Source of the DNA: Podarcis bocagei
Taxonomy: Eukaryota
Assembly: GCA_964188305.1 (NCBI GenBank)
Contig: OZ076900.1
Direction: 5' to 3' (one strand)
DNA: 64,000 nt
Notes under the pieces: generated by a model
What the model saw: the letters and a program-made list of their open reading frames with translations, nothing else
The model's database searches: none
Told to the model about the DNA's origin: nothing
Program-made: the position numbers and the translations under genes
Part shown: positions 25,974 to 39,850 of the stretch, piece after piece
Position numbering within the stretch: position 1 is the first letter of the stretch
Layout of the letters: each line of letters begins with the position of its first letter

Positions 25974-27234
25974 CAGTGGCTCCCAATTAGGGGTCCCCTG
26001 GGGGTCCGGTGAGTCATCCAGCCTCTGCTCACAACCAGTGCCTGCTTCCTGGTAGGGGAAAAACTTGTGAAATATTTGCTGAATGGCAAGTGAGCTGGGA
26101 TTGGGCACAAACCTCTGGCACAGTTTCTTAGGGCTCTTGCAATGGGGGGGGGAAGAGGGGGGAGAGAGTGCAAACAGCTCACATGCTTATCATTTTAAAA
26201 AATGTAAAGGATTCCTTCTCCTTGCTCTCTACTTTTTAACTGAAAAGAACTTCTAATCGCTTTCAACAACAACAAGTTTAGAGGACTCTCCCACTGCTTG
26301 TAGGTAGGGTTTTCAGTGAATCTTGCCTGATGAGTTTGGGATTCATGTCTCATCTTGGAAGTCCAACAGGGGAAGCAGTTAAGCACATTGCCACTATGAT
26401 TAGCACAACAGCTCAACCTCTGATGATTTAGTTTAGTGATGGGGTGGGCGATTCTTTCTTTTCAACTTTGTGATATATCAGCAGCTCAATACTGGTATAT
26501 GCAGATATATCACAATGACTGGACTTTATCTCGACTGTTACTTTCCACCTTAGGGAAAGAAGAAGCAGCCAAGATACAGGGCCCAGTCCTACACAGTAAG
26601 TCCTGTCCGGGCTCCATGCAATCGGAGAGGGCGCTTCGGAGCCAGACAGTCAATAGCCCTGGTTAACTCTGCATTCCAGCGGGCCACCAGGGAATCAGCT
26701 GAAAGGCCATCAGCATGGGATAAAGCATCTCCTACCACTCTCTGGAAACCATTTGGATCCATTAAGTGGTGGGGGCGGACCTTCCGAATCGGTCCCACCT
26801 CCACTTCTTTAGTTTTGCTTTTACTTAGTGTCAGATCACCAACATCCATTGCTAAGATGTACCATCTCATATTAGAAGTAAGGAATAGCATGTTTGAATA
26901 TTCTCTCATGTAAAAAGCCTGTTGCATATAGAGTAATTGCAAGTTAGATACACAATTACATTTCTTTCTTTCTTTAGTTGTAGTGGAGCAATGGAGACAA
27001 GTTTTTCCTGCTGTCTGGGGATAGGCAATTTGTGATAATATCACAAATTTTATGGTCTTTTTTAAAGTATGCCTAAAATCCTTTGCTTATTAGGGGCTAA
27101 CCAGCATTTTATTCAAAAAATTGCTTTGCACAGGTAACAACCATAGAGTTATCAAAATTTTCAAAGGAGGGGGTTCCTGGCTTGGCTTTTGAAAAATAGA
27201 GGTTCCTCAGTAATTAGCTAATTGGAAACCACTG
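25974..27234. mobile_element. Old hAT element containing an L2-like fragment (about 26590-26803)
   Basis: TIRs CAGTGGCTCCCAA / TTGGAAACCACTG; degenerate TSD CTCTAGAG / GTATAGAG; internal peptide LVARWNAELTRAIDCLAPKRPL is L2/CR1-clade like. Confidence 0.6.
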
Positions 27235-28311
27235 GTATAGAGCACTACTATTATTAACAGACAAATATCTGCAATGAGTTGCCTTGGAAGATGCTCCAGG
27301 AACATCAGTTAGCCTAAAATCAGTAGAAGCCGGTCCACGAGGGTGAAAGGGTTACTGCCCCACCAACTTCAGCCTGCCCTCAGCTGGCCCCGACCTGCCT
27401 GATTGCCTTTTTCCAATTAATACTTATTGGGTTTTGTCTTCTTCTTTTTTCAAATTTCCACCTGCCTGCTTTCCTACTTACAACTAATCGGGCGGGGGGG
27501 GGGAGGAGAGAGAGTGCTATCAGATTCCTCCTCCTTAGTCACAGTGTTGCCCTTATAGAACTCAGCAGCAAGGAGGAGTCTGGGAATGTAACAGGAATGA
27601 ATTGGCGCCACCTACAGTTGGGCTCCTTGCATTCCACCCTACCAGTCCCAAAGGGAGCCAGGCACCATGGTTCAAAACAGGGCTATGAGGTTGTTCACTG
27701 GGACTGGGTGCTTTGATCATATTTATGTCAGGGCTTTCTTATCTGCACTGTCTTCCAGTCCATCCAGTCCTTTTTAAGGCCCTGGTAGCAAGGTTCTGGA
27801 AAAGGCTGCCTCTTCCCACACATCCCTTCCCAGACCTTGCAATCCTCTTTGGTGACCTTTATCCAGGCGCCCCCTGCCAAGGGAGGTATGGCTAGCAGCT
27901 ACTAGAGAAGGGGTCTTTTTGGTGTTGGCACCCCAATTAAGGAATGCTCTCCCTATAGGGATTCACTTGGGCCCTACTCTGCAGTCTTTCTGGTGACAGG
28001 TGAAGACCCTTTTTATCTTCTCAGGCAGTATTACTATCATCACCATTGATTTATTATTCTCTTTCTATACAGTTGTCTCAAAGCAACAATAAAAGCAGCA
28101 TAAACAAAACAAAAAAAAACCCCTGATAAGCCAAAAAACCAACAGATATTTTTAAAACAAAACTTACATCGTACAAAATAGACACTCATGGCAAAGATTC
28201 ATTTATCCAGCTGGGAAAGTGTATTGGAACAAAAATGTCTTCCGTTGTTGTTGGGCAATGCTGAGAGTGGGTGCTTGTCATATCTCAACAGGAATGCTGT
28301 TCCACATAGCA

Positions 28312-29004
28312 TATGGTTACCAGATGTCCCCGTTTCCTGGGGACTGTCCCCAGATTTACAAAGCTGTCCCGGGACAAAATCCATCCCTAGAATGTCCTCG
28401 GATTTCATTTAATATCCCTGGATTTATATTTTTTAAGTGTGGTAGATTTATTAGTAGGGAATGAATGTTGCGTGATTGGTTCAACGGCACAAGACACATC
28501 ATATGGGGACTTCCGGCGAGGCAAAATGACAGGCACCACAGCAGCGAGCAGCTCCTGAAGCCAGCCAGAGCCAAGTGCACTACCAGGCTTGATCCGGGCT
28601 ACTGAGACTGCCGCTGCCACTGCCAAGGGAGAACCGGGGACGCCCGGCACGTCAACCCCAGAAAACCCCAGAGCCAACACAGGGAGAAGGAGGATAGAAG
28701 GAAGAGAGAGAAAGAGGAGGAGAAAAAAAGAGGGGAGCCCTGACCTTGCCCCGCTGCTACCGCCACTGCCGCTAAGGTAGGGCAGGAACATGTGGCCGAG
28801 CCTACTCAACGGCTGCTAGCACTCTCTTGGAGCTCCAAGAGAGCAGGCCAGGGCCCAGAGGAAGGCCATGCAGCAGAGGAGACCACAGAAGAGAAGATAC
28901 TACATCTTCTTTTTTTAAAAAAAAAAACTTTTTTAAAAAACTTTTTTTCTCTTTTCAAAAAAAAAAGTGTCCCAAGATTCTTTGAAAAAAATCTGGTAAC
29001 CTTA
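28312..29004. mobile_element. hAT (Tip100-like) non-autonomous element
   Basis: TIRs TATGGTTACCAGAT / ATCTGGTAACCTTA; perfect TSD ACATAGCA; subterminal TGTCCC motifs. Confidence 0.82.
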
Positions 29005-29022
29005 ACATAGCAGGCTTCTCAG

Positions 29023-29361
29023 CAGCAGCATAGCTAGCCGCTTGGGTGCCTGGTGTGGGGGGGTGTCCTGCAGCCGGGGGCGGGGCGATCTGTCCATGGG
29101 GGCGGGGCAAGCCTCTCCACTCCTCCCTCTCAGCTGTAGGGTGGCTGAGGGAGAGGCAGTAGGCAGACAAAAGTCCCACACTGCCGTTTCAGGCAGCGCG
29201 GAACCTGCAGGCACCTATGCCACCACGTCACTCCTAAAAAGTTTCGTGAGCCCAATTTTTTATTTTTTATTTTAAACTCATTTTGCCACACACTCCCTCT
29301 CAGTGATGACCCCTTTGGGGGGGGGCTGCAGCCCCCCGCACCTCCGCTTCCTCTGCCACTG
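29023..29361. mobile_element. hAT-type MITE
   Basis: Perfect TSD CTTCTCAG; ends CAGCAGCATAGC / TCTGCCACTG. Confidence 0.75.
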
Positions 29362-31774
29362 CTTCTCAGTTCTTTGGAACTAGCAGGAGAAAATCTCCTA
29401 CAGGCCACAGTGAACTGCTGGGTATATAAGGGATAATGCAGTCTCTCAAGGAACATATAGGACCCTATATATTAGTACCAACACCTTGAGCTTTGTCCAG
29501 CAACAGATTTGGCATTTTAAAGCTATTCTTATTATCCTTACTAAACTTTAAAGTTGTTGAAGTTAAAATATTGCCTTGGGAATTTTTATACGATCCATTC
29601 TCACAGCTTATTATCAGGTTGTACTGACTTCTATTCAAAGCGGGTCCGCTGCTATTAATGGATCTAATGGATCACATTGCTAGGGCTAAAAGGTTGCTGA
29701 AAATCCCTGGAAATCTCTCCCAATATGTTGGCTTTGTGGCTTCAGCAAATGTCTCAACCAGATCAACACTGATGCACACCGATAAGGATATTTTATTCCA
29801 CAAAGCAATCACACCTTTTCACAGCAAAACATGCAAACTTACAAACTCAGTAGCCAGGTAGAAAAGCAGTGATCTCTATCAATGAAGGACATGTCCGAAT
29901 AACAGCAACCATCAAGGATTTGCCTCAATTGCTCAAGGAGTGGGAGCAAAGAAAGGTTGAGTTCTCTTCTTACCTCCTATTAATGCCTTATTTTATAATT
30001 ATTGATTTCTGTGCTAGAGCTGGCAAGTCCATTGGTTAAAATTATGTCTCCCTATGGAAAATGACAATAACAGAGAATCCTCTTCAGTTACTGTTCGCAT
30101 CTGTTTTTCTGTTGCAAGAAACTGGCATTGACCTGAAAGTCCATTAAACCTGAGCAAAACTTTAATACAGCGGCTATCAATTGCTTACTTATGCTCATTA
30201 ACACTCAACTTTGATTTAACTAAAAATAATAATTAAGTAATAAGCAATTTCTTAATTACATCAAGTATCCTGAATCAGTATATATAATACAAAGGTTTCA
30301 TATTTAAATCAGCACCAGAGAAGGCTGTTTCCCTAACACAAGCCTACTTCTAATCAATGCGAACACACAATGTGTAGTGTGTTTTTACAAAACTGGTAAA
30401 CTGAAAACTTTTAATAATAATGTTCATTATTATCAATAGGTCTAGTTTGAGTATGACTAGCAGTGGATAAAACTAATTATGTTTTAATGTTCTTGTTCAT
30501 AGAGAGTTACTTTGCCTCCATGCTGCCAATATTTTGTGGGAAGGCATGAGGCAGAAATTTCGCTTTCCACCATTGAAGTGAGTTAAAAGGGCTCGGTTGT
30601 CCTAGAGCAACAAAATCAGTTTAAAAATAGGCAGACTATTTGCAATTAAGGAGAGGTCAAACTGAAATAATTATCATATTGTGCTGACTGGAGCTGATGG
30701 GAGTTATAGTTCAAGGCACCAGCAGGTCACAAGGTTGGCAGAAGCTGATTTTAATCAAATCACACCTGCCGCACTTCCCCCAAACAAACAGAATGATTCA
30801 GAAAGTAATATGCTGAATGTGGCATTGCAGTCAATTTCAGAGTGCTGGGATGTTCGATTTAAACTCCTAGACTTGCCCTAGCCACTAACTAATACAGGCA
30901 GAAAACTTTTCTTACATGCTGCTGGTGATCCCAGCTGAGTCTGGACTCAGAAGTCTCTCCTGGCAGACGGGCTCTGCAGATTTGCTTTCCGCTGTGGACT
31001 TTCTGGAGTCTGCTAACTCCACCTGAAGACACTCCAACTGGGGATTTGGGTTAAGCATTTGTAGATCTTAGCTTGTGAAATCACGGCAGTTACCTGGTCA
31101 GCTTCCAAGGTGTTGACACAGAGCAGACAAAGGTCAATCCCAATTGCCCACTCAGGAAGGAAGGAAGGAAGGAAGATTGGAGTCTTTGGTGGGGAGTGTA
31201 ACAAAATGTCAAACTTACCCATTTTCAGCCTTTTCTATCATCAAACTGTTAACAGGGGCAGCCTGGCTGTGGTGATTCATGCATTGGTAACCTCAAGACT
31301 TGATTACTGCAATACACACTGCGTGGGGCTACACTTGCACCTGGTTCGGAAGCTCTAGATGGTTTAAAATGCTGCAGATTGTTGATCAGGAAATATTATT
31401 CCTACCCAGCACATAAATCCAGTGCTCAAAACCTTGTGATGGCTACCCACATGTTACTGGGCCAGGTTCAAGGTTCTTGTATTAATTTACAAAGCCCTTA
31501 ACAACTTGACTCCAGGAGAGTTGAGGACCACCAAGTCCTTTATATTTCTGCCCCACACTGCCAATTTAAATGTATCCCTATTGTGTTTCATGACTTCCCT
31601 GATTTTGTATGTGAGCTGGAACTGGTCTGTGACCGAAATAATAAATTCATTCATTCCTGCCCCATAACTGAAATATCTGAGGGAGTTTTTGTTATTTGCC
31701 CCCCCCCCCGGCTCTCAACTAAGTCATGCATTCAGCTTTGTGGTTCAAGCTTGTCAAACTCCCTCCTGACTTAG

Positions 31775-32166
31775 CAGAGGCATACCTCGGATACCTTGAG
31801 CCCTTGGCAAGGAGCTGTATTGGCACAGTTGTGTTGGCACCCCGCAGTAAAATAAAATAGAATCACTTTACCGCAATAGCCACACTAAAAATGACCACAT
31901 TTACAGGACCCAAGTACTCAAAATGTCTGGAGTGAGGCTGAGGCAAAAGAGGAAGGGTGAAAAAAATTGCACACTTTTTTGTGGAACGGTGCAAGAAGTA
32001 TGGTAGGTTTCTCTCACATTTTATCTTTCTGGGACTGTGGTCGTGCATCACCACAAACATATCCACCATACACTACATAGTCTGGTAGGTGGTTTTTTTG
32101 GGGGGGGGGAGCTGGGCCTGCACTCCTGTCCAGGGCTGGTTTTGCCAACCCCTAGATATGCCTCTG
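31775..32166. mobile_element. hAT-type MITE
   Basis: TIRs CAGAGGCATA / TATGCCTCTG; degenerate TSD TGACTTAG / TGACTGAA. Confidence 0.65.
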
Positions 32167-32218
32167 TGACTGAATTTAGATGGAAACCCTCGCTGAACTT
32201 CAGGCATATGACTAAGAG

Positions 32219-33034
32219 CAGCGGTCGGCAACCTAAGGCCCATGGGCCACAAGCGGCCCATGGGGGTCGTTTAACCGGCCCATAGATTCCTGCTGCCCGC
32301 TCAGGGACCCCCATCACCCACTCGGTTGGCTCCCATGCGCTGCGCTAAATCAGCACGGAGAAGAGCAGTCACCGCCTTCCGCGATGCTGGCCAGTTTCCC
32401 ATTGGCTGCAGGAAGCTCCTGCAGCCAATGGGAAGCTGCATACGCCTCCTCAGCACTGGAAAGAGTGTTTGCATATGTGTGCGTGTGCGCGCACTCAGCG
32501 GCGTAGCGTGAGTTGTCAGCACCCGGGGCAAGGCAAGTAATTTGCGCCCCCGCACCCGGGGCAAGGCAAGTAATTTGCGCCCCCCCCTAACCCCATACCT
32601 GCCGATCTGAGGTGAGTTGCCGCTGGCGCTGCCGCCCAAACTACGCCGCTTGCCCGGAGGAGGGGGGGGCAGAGAGGCGAGGAAAATGCAACATGGCCCA
32701 GCAGCTGCAGCAGCAGCAGCGGAGGCGGGGCTGTGAGGAGGGGCTGCCTGGCGCGTCCTCCGCGGCCCTGAGAGCTGCTGCCTGCCGGACGCCTTCAGCC
32801 CGGACGCGCGCACAGCTTGTCGGTTCCACGAGACATGGGGCTCTGCTACATCCTGCGCCGGAGACTCTTCAGCGACTCTGGAGGCAGCGAGCGCGCCCCC
32901 CCCCCAGATGTTGCGCCCGGTGCGGCCGGCCCCCCTGGCACCCCCCACGCTATGCCACTGCGCGCACTCCAGCCCACCGTAGTATCTGCGGGACCGTGAA
33001 CCTGCCCAAGCCACAGAAACTTTGCTGACCCCTG
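32219..33034. mobile_element. hAT MITE (outer element of a nest)
   Basis: TIRs CAGCGGTCGGCAA / TTGCTGACCCCTG; perfect TSD ACTAAGAG; 5' end similar to the element at 13573. Confidence 0.88.
32496..32960. mobile_element. hAT MITE (inner element of the nest)
   Basis: TIRs CAGCGGCGTAGCGTG / CACGCTATGCCACTG; perfect TSD CGCGCACT; internal 33-bp tandem duplication at 32519-32584. Confidence 0.88.
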
Positions 33035-34637
33035 ACTAAGAGTTTCTTATACCTGCAGGCATTTCAAGGAGGGCTTTTTGTTGTTTCAGCGATGATTTTT
33101 AAAATTGTTATTATTCTTTGTATTATTCTTTTTAAATTATGTGCACCACTCTTCCCTCACCGATGCTTTCCCCCCCAGTAACTACCTGTAGACTGTTTGA
33201 TTTTCAGGCTTTGCTCGTCTCACGACTCCATGATGGCCACATGTAAGTCTGTGCTCAGAATGGTTTGTTTGCCAGGAGTAATAACCCTTAAGTTTATTTA
33301 CTCATCCATTCATCCATTCATTCATTCAGCCAGGTTGGCATGCATCTGTCTCAAGAAACCATGGAATGCGCCTCCAGGAATGAAGTCAAACTGCTATGTT
33401 AGCAGCACTGAAATTACTTCCCCGGGGTGCAAGCCTGGGCACTGCTCAGGCGACAAGACTCCCCTCTTGGCCTTGCTGATGTGGTCCAAAGAAAAGCAGA
33501 TATATTAGCATACTATTTACTTACTTATTCCTGCACTGCTATATATGCCAAACTTTACATGGCTAGCCAAATGCCCAGCCTTGTTTGTCCTCTGGAAAAA
33601 GCTGGGGGGGGGGGGCTGGCACAAGCACCTCTCTTAAATAAAGCTTTTAACAGCATTGTTCTGTTTTTATTTGGTTGCTTTAAAAAACAACAACACCAAT
33701 ATACATTGTTATCAGATTCTTCCTTAAATGGCATGCCACCAAACTGTATTCTGCATCTCATCATTTTAATACAGTACTGAATAAACAAGTTCCAGCCCTG
33801 CACAAATAAATCGTTTTGTTCTCTTAACTCCCCTAGTTCTTTTAATATTGGTAAGTTTAACCATATAGGCCAGATCCCAAATTCTGAGGCAGCAGTCCTC
33901 TGTTGATAAGTGGATCCACCTCTGATCCATGCATTATTTGTATTACACACCAGTTATAAATAGAAAGCTATAAATATTACCTTTCAGTCCCATCTTTGTG
34001 GGAACAGACAGTCGATACGGGCGCCCCAATGCCTCTTCCCCACAGAAGGTGTAAAGTTGAATTACCTCCACCGCAATCAGAGATAAAACTGCTGCATTTT
34101 CTGCCCAGATTCCAGTCCACAAAGTACTTCTGAAACTCAATACTGCTCCAGAAAATCCTCAGTTCCAGAAGAAGCACTTGGAGGGCATTGCCTCTTCTGA
34201 AATCCGAGTTGCACCTTCCTCCTCCTCCTCTTCCTCCCCCTCCCCCCACCCAATATACAACCTCTTTAAGAGCAGGTTATTTTGGAAAGAGCGTGCTGCC
34301 TTCATTCCTGTTCCTTTGCCATCCGGAGTTCCCTTACATGGTCAAGAGAGGGATTTGACAGGTCCCAGGAGGCTTTTCCCTAAGGCAAACAGATTTCCCA
34401 TAAGTGAAAGTCAGGGGGGAGGAAGGCTGATTTTGTGCTTCTGTCCTGCAGCACAAATAACATAAGCAAATGACAACGGGAAGCTGGGATGGAAATTATC
34501 TTTGCCACACATACAGAATAATTTTGCAATCTCCAAATCCTACTGGGGTGGGGAAGACACTGTACAGGGTGGCAGCAACCTGATTTAGGCACCACAGCAT
34601 CAAAGTAACAGAGGACCTGCTAATGTAATGTAATATA

Positions 34638-34985
34638 AAAGGTAAAGGGACCCCTGACCATTAGGTCCAGTTGTGACCGACTCTGGGGTTGTGGCGCTCA
34701 TCTCGCTTTATTGGCCGAGGGAGCCGGCATGCAGCTTCCGGGTCATGTGGCCAGCATGACTAAGCCGCTTCTGGCCAACCAGAGCAGCACACGAAAGCGC
34801 CGTTTACCTTCCCGCTGGAGTGGTACCTATTTATCTACTTGCATTTTGTGCTTTTGAACTGCTAGGTTGGCAGGAGCAGGGACCGAGCAACGGGAGCTCA
34901 CCCCGTCGCGGGGATTCAAACCGCCGACCTTCTGATTGGCAAGTCCTAGGCTCTGCGGTTTAACCCACAGCACCACCCGCGTCCC
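34638..34985 (-). mobile_element. Sauria SINE, full length
   Basis: Reverse complement of the family sequence from AAAGGTAAAGGGACCCC to CACCACCCGCGTCCC. Confidence 0.92.
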
Positions 34986-35359
34986 TTTCCTTAAATAATT
35001 TGGGGTTATGGGCAGGGCCATCCCAATACATTTTGTCACATGAGGCTAACCACAAAATGGCACCTCCCCCACCAGGGAAGAAGAGGTGAGTGAAGATCTA
35101 CATCAGGACCAATGGAGGAAAAAAGATCTACACTGGAAATAAGCAGTGAGTGAAGATCTATGTTGGGAACAAGAGGTGGAATCAAATCAACCTTACCTAA
35201 CAGTTGAAGTGGGAATCAAAGGTACTCATGAAGTGGAAAGGGGCATGCACTGAATCACACTGGGCAGACACAGACCCCAGGAGACCACAGAAGACAGCTT
35301 CTGCCATTTCCTTCCTAGGGGTGGGGAAAGGCCAGCAGCATCTCTGATTTGCAGAGGCA

Positions 35360-35420
<61 letters not shown>

Positions 35421-36108
35421 TTGTACCCCACAAAACTAACACAGTATACAAAGAACATACGAACATAAAAACAGGCAATCAATTAATTAAAATACATCTT
35501 AAAATTAGTTCAGAGCAAATTAAAATCTGGACAGATGCAGTCCACAGGTAAAATTGAAAGTGGTTAACATTCTCCAGGGCCAACTGTTACTAATGGTCTT
35601 ATAAAAGACCTGTAAGTGGGCTAGGAGGCCTCTTTAATGCTTGTTAAAGAAAAGAATCAGACTGAACCCAACCAAAGGCCTGGCGGAACAGCTCCATCTT
35701 GCAGGCCTCGTGGAAAGATGTCAAATCCCACAGGGCCCTGGTCTCTTGTGAGAGAATGTTCCATCAGGCTGGGGCCATGGCTGGAAAGGCCCTGGCTCTG
35801 GTCAAGGCCAGTCTAATCTCCCTGGGGCCTGGGATCTTCAGGGTGTTATTATTTGCAGACCTTAAGGTCCTCCGTGGGGCATACCAGGAGAGGCAGTCCC
35901 ATAGGTACAAGGGTCTAGGCCGTATAGAGCCGGCAGTGGGGTGAGGCCAAAGGAGGAGGCAGATCCAGCCTCCAAAGAGCTTGTGCCATTGCAGCAGCAG
36001 AGGATACACTCCTTGGAAGCTGGATCCCCTGCCCTCATGGATCCTACCACCCGAGGCAGTCGCCTCCCCTGGCCTAAACGATGAGCGGACCATGGCTTTG
36101 GATGTTAC

Positions 36109-36180
<72 letters not shown>

Positions 36181-36570
36181 TATTATTTATACCCTGCCCA
36201 TCTGGATGGGTTTCCCCAGCCACTCTGGGCGGCTTCCAACAAAATATTAAAATACAATAGTCTGTCAAACATTAAAAGCTTCCCTAAACAGGGCTGCCTT
36301 CAGATGTCTTCTAAAAGTCTGGTAGTTGTTCTTCTCTTTGACATCTGGTGGGAGGGCGTTCCACAGGGCAGGTGCCACTACCAAGAAGACTCTCTGCCTG
36401 GTTCCCTGTAACTTGGCTTCTCGCAGTGAGGGAACCACCAGAAGGCCCTCAGTGTCCGGGCAGAACGATGGGGGTGGAGACGCTCCTTCAGGTATACAGG
36501 ACCAAAGCCGTTTAGGGCTTTACAGGTCAGCACCAACACTTTGAATTGTGCTCGGAAACGTACTGGGATC
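36181..36570 (-). mobile_element. L2-like LINE 3' end with microsatellite tail
   Basis: PVRFRAQFKVLVLTCKALNGFGPVYLKERL peptide; similar older fragments at about 27680-28025, 31240-31560, 35650-35925 and 53770-54030. Confidence 0.8.
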
Positions 36571-36735
36571 AAAAGATCAAAGCAGACTTTAAAGCAGTGT
36601 TTCTCAAACTTGGGTCTCCAGCTGTGGTTGGACTACTACTCACATCATCCCTGACTACTGGTTCTGCTATAGGTAGGGAAGATTGGAGTTGTAAGTCCAT
36701 GTTAGAGAAACACTTGCTTGACGTATTGGCCGTTC

Positions 36736-36951
36736 CACGCCAAAGTGCAAGTAGATAAATAGGTACCACTCCGGCGGGAAGGTAAACGGCGTTTCCGTGC
36801 GCTGCTCTGGTTTGCCAGAAGCGGCTTAGTCATGCTGGCCACATGAGCCGGAAGCTGTACGCTGGCTCCCTCGGCCAATAAAGCGAGATGAACACCGCAA
36901 CCCCAGAGTCGGCCACGACTGGACCTAATGGTCAGGGGTCCCTTTACCTTT
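36736..36951 (+). mobile_element. Sauria SINE, 5'-truncated
   Basis: 3' part of the family sequence with ACCTTT tail. Confidence 0.88.
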
Positions 36952-38728
36952 AACATTGGACCCTTTCGTTTTCACCTTTTTCATGAGCAGGGGATACAAA
37001 GGAACTGAACAAGAAAGAATATTCCATTGGTATTGGGGCCGTGATTAAAAATCAGTCCTGCTCCAGGGGGATGGGACGACAATCCATCAAAGCTCTCAAA
37101 AATATGGCACCAGGAGTGGAGCCTTATTGGCTGCAATGAGGACTTTGGGGCATAAGTCTCACTGCTCTGTTGCCAGGCAGGGGGAGGGGGAGGGATTTCC
37201 AAACTGGAATCCAGACAATGGCAACAAGAAGCTGTGCAGTAGCAGTCCATCACCATCAGCTTCTTCAAAGCAACATGAGTGACAATGAGCTTGACCAATC
37301 AGATGCCAGCTTTGGTGCTGGAGCAGGGAGGGGGTTGGTTCAGCACCTGTTTGGCTGAGCTTGTTGCTGCTGCAGCTGGCGGTTATTGCTTTTTTAAAAA
37401 AAAATTGTCCACTCCAGTGCAGAGCAGAAGGCATGTTCCACATGCAAAATTTCTCAGCTCGCTCCTTTCCTGTGGTACATTTTGAGTGTGATTTGCATTC
37501 CGAACGAGCAGCATTTGAACTTGGAATTCTTCCAATGATACTTAGCAATTATGTTTTTTCAGATCATCATTTTTTTAAAAGGAAATCATAACTTTCCCCC
37601 AAACTATACAGTTCCTACACTCTTATTATAACAATAATAACAATGTTATAACAATATGACTTTTCTTTCCATTCTATCTCTTGGTTCAGAATACCAGTTT
37701 CCATTCTGAAATCGTTCATACCTGCACACACCAAAACAAAAACCCCTGCACTCAGTTATCTATCGCAGGCTGTTGATTATCCCCAAACTAAATAGATGTG
37801 CTGATTAAATCCCAAACCTTAGCCAGTCATCAGCTTTCTTCCTTACTGAGCTCCCAAATAATAGCATGTCAGCTTTGAGCACAGAAAGCTGTGAGTCCAC
37901 CTAGCTCAGTCTTGTCTACGTTGAAAGAGCACGACTACCTTGAAAGAGCAGAAATCTGCCCATGCTCTGAGATCTCCTACAGAAGCTAGATTGGCTTCCT
38001 CCTTGCAGGCCTTCTGCCGGCAAGGCTGTTTTATTCTGGCAGGCCCTTGGGAATGGACTGGTTTGTTTTGTTTAAAGAAAGGGCTTCTATTAGTGTTGTG
38101 CTGTTTTTACCACCTGTATTTTAATGTTTGGTTTAGCCTTATTAGAAATTAATTACTTTTTAATGATTATCTGTAAATAAATAAATGCTTTTAGCTTTTT
38201 GTATTCTATCTGTGCCGTTTTAATTTGTGTAAGCCACCCTGAGTTCTGGTCTGCGGAAAATGTGGAGTATAAATAAATAGATAAGTAAATGATACACTGA
38301 CTGGCAGCAGCTCTCCGGGGTCTCATATCCTGCGTATCCTCTATCCCAACATAAATTAGGCATATAAAAAGACACTACAGTGGTATATATATTGCACCTG
38401 AACCAATAGGAGAATTTCATTGAACAGTATGATATATAGGAGAAGGTTTTTGCATTTCTCCAAGTGTATCTTCTAACAAAGTTGTGGTAGGGGAAAGAGA
38501 CAAGGCGTCATCTGTGGAAACTTAAACTGCAACAGGCAAAGCAGTTTGCCACTGGGGGTCCAAGAAGCTGCATCTGTTTGATTTCTGCCTATCAGGCAGC
38601 CCAAAACACATTGCTTCTTTCCACCTTCTCTGGGAATTTTAACTTGACTTATGGAATGTTGTCATCAGCTGAGCCTTTTCACAGCTTGGAGATGCAGGCA
38701 AGAGACTTCTGGTTTGTGTTATGGTGTA

Positions 38729-38980
38729 CAGTGGTACCTCTGGATGCGAACGGGATCCGTTCCAGAGCCCCGTTCGCATCCTGAGCAGAACGCAACCCGC
38801 GTCTGCACGTGCACAGGTCGTGATTTGTCACTTCTGTGCATGCATGTGACGTCATTTTGAGCGTCTGCGTATGCACAAGCAGCGAAACCCGGAAGTAACC
38901 CGTTCCGTTACTTCCGGGTTGCCGCAGAATGCAACCTGAAAACGCTCAACCTGAAGCTACTTTAACCCAAGGTATGACTG
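38729..38980. mobile_element. Tigger/pogo-like MITE
   Basis: TA-CAGTGGTACCTC ... AAGGTATGACTG-TA; internal palindrome ACCCGGAAGTAAC...GTTACTTCCGGGT. Confidence 0.8.
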
Positions 38981-39400
38981 TATTTATGTATGCAACAACA
39001 GCCGCTCAAATTATATATGCCCAGAGATGGAAAGAAGAAGTAGTCCCAACCAAGGAAGATTGGCAGCAAAAACTGTTGGAGCATGCAGAAACTAACCGGA
39101 AGAATAAGAAATCAAGAAGATAGACTTTTTGATTTAGAATGGGGAATACTATCTGAAAAACTATTCCAAACAGCTTAAAAGACCTAGCAGTATTAAATTT
39201 TAAAAATGAGCAGTGAAACAAATTAAATAAATAAAGGATAAGTAACAAATTGATTTAAATTGGATATGCAGTTATAAAAGATATGACATAAGCAGCCACA
39301 GAAAGAGGGGAGGGGGTCAGTATTAATATCTGGTAATTTAAATTGCATGTGTAAATTTGTACTATTATAAGTTTATAACTGAGAAAATGAAAAATAAAAT
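38981..39400 (+). mobile_element. L1/Tx1-clade LINE 3' fragment
   Basis: FMYATTAAQIIYAQRWKEEVVPTKEDWQQKL resembles a reptile L1 ORF2 C-terminus, followed by an A-rich tail. Confidence 0.65.
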
Positions 39401-39850
39401 TACAAAAGAGGGAGGCATGGGTATTCTCTCAAATCCCTCGCACCCCAAAGAAAAATCAGCCATCTTAATAAAGGCACAGAGTCTCTTTGAGAAGCAAGGG
39501 TGGCAAAGCTGGAAGCAGGGCAGGGGAACAGAAAAAAACAAGATTGGTCTGCCTGACAAGGTTGTAGTAGACTAGGCAATGTGGCCACAAACTTCCTTGA
39601 TTTAACAGCCAGACAGTTTCATGTATAAGATCCATGGATCCTAGGAACAAACAGGAGATGCTGGCAATTGAACCTGGAGCCTTCTGTACACAAAGCAGAG
39701 GCTCCACTACTGAGCTACATCTGTTCCCCTAGCAACAAACTAAGGTTCCAGTCCTCATTGTTCTGAATAAAGAGCTGGTTTAAATAAAAGCACAGAGAGC
39801 TGCCTTCTAGCCTGTCAGGCCAATATTTGCCATTGCTTAGTATTCTTCTG

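Noticed and set aside
32301-33014. 237-aa GC-rich ORF and apparent CpG island
   Set aside because: Lies entirely within nested hAT MITEs bounded by TSDs; low-complexity translation.
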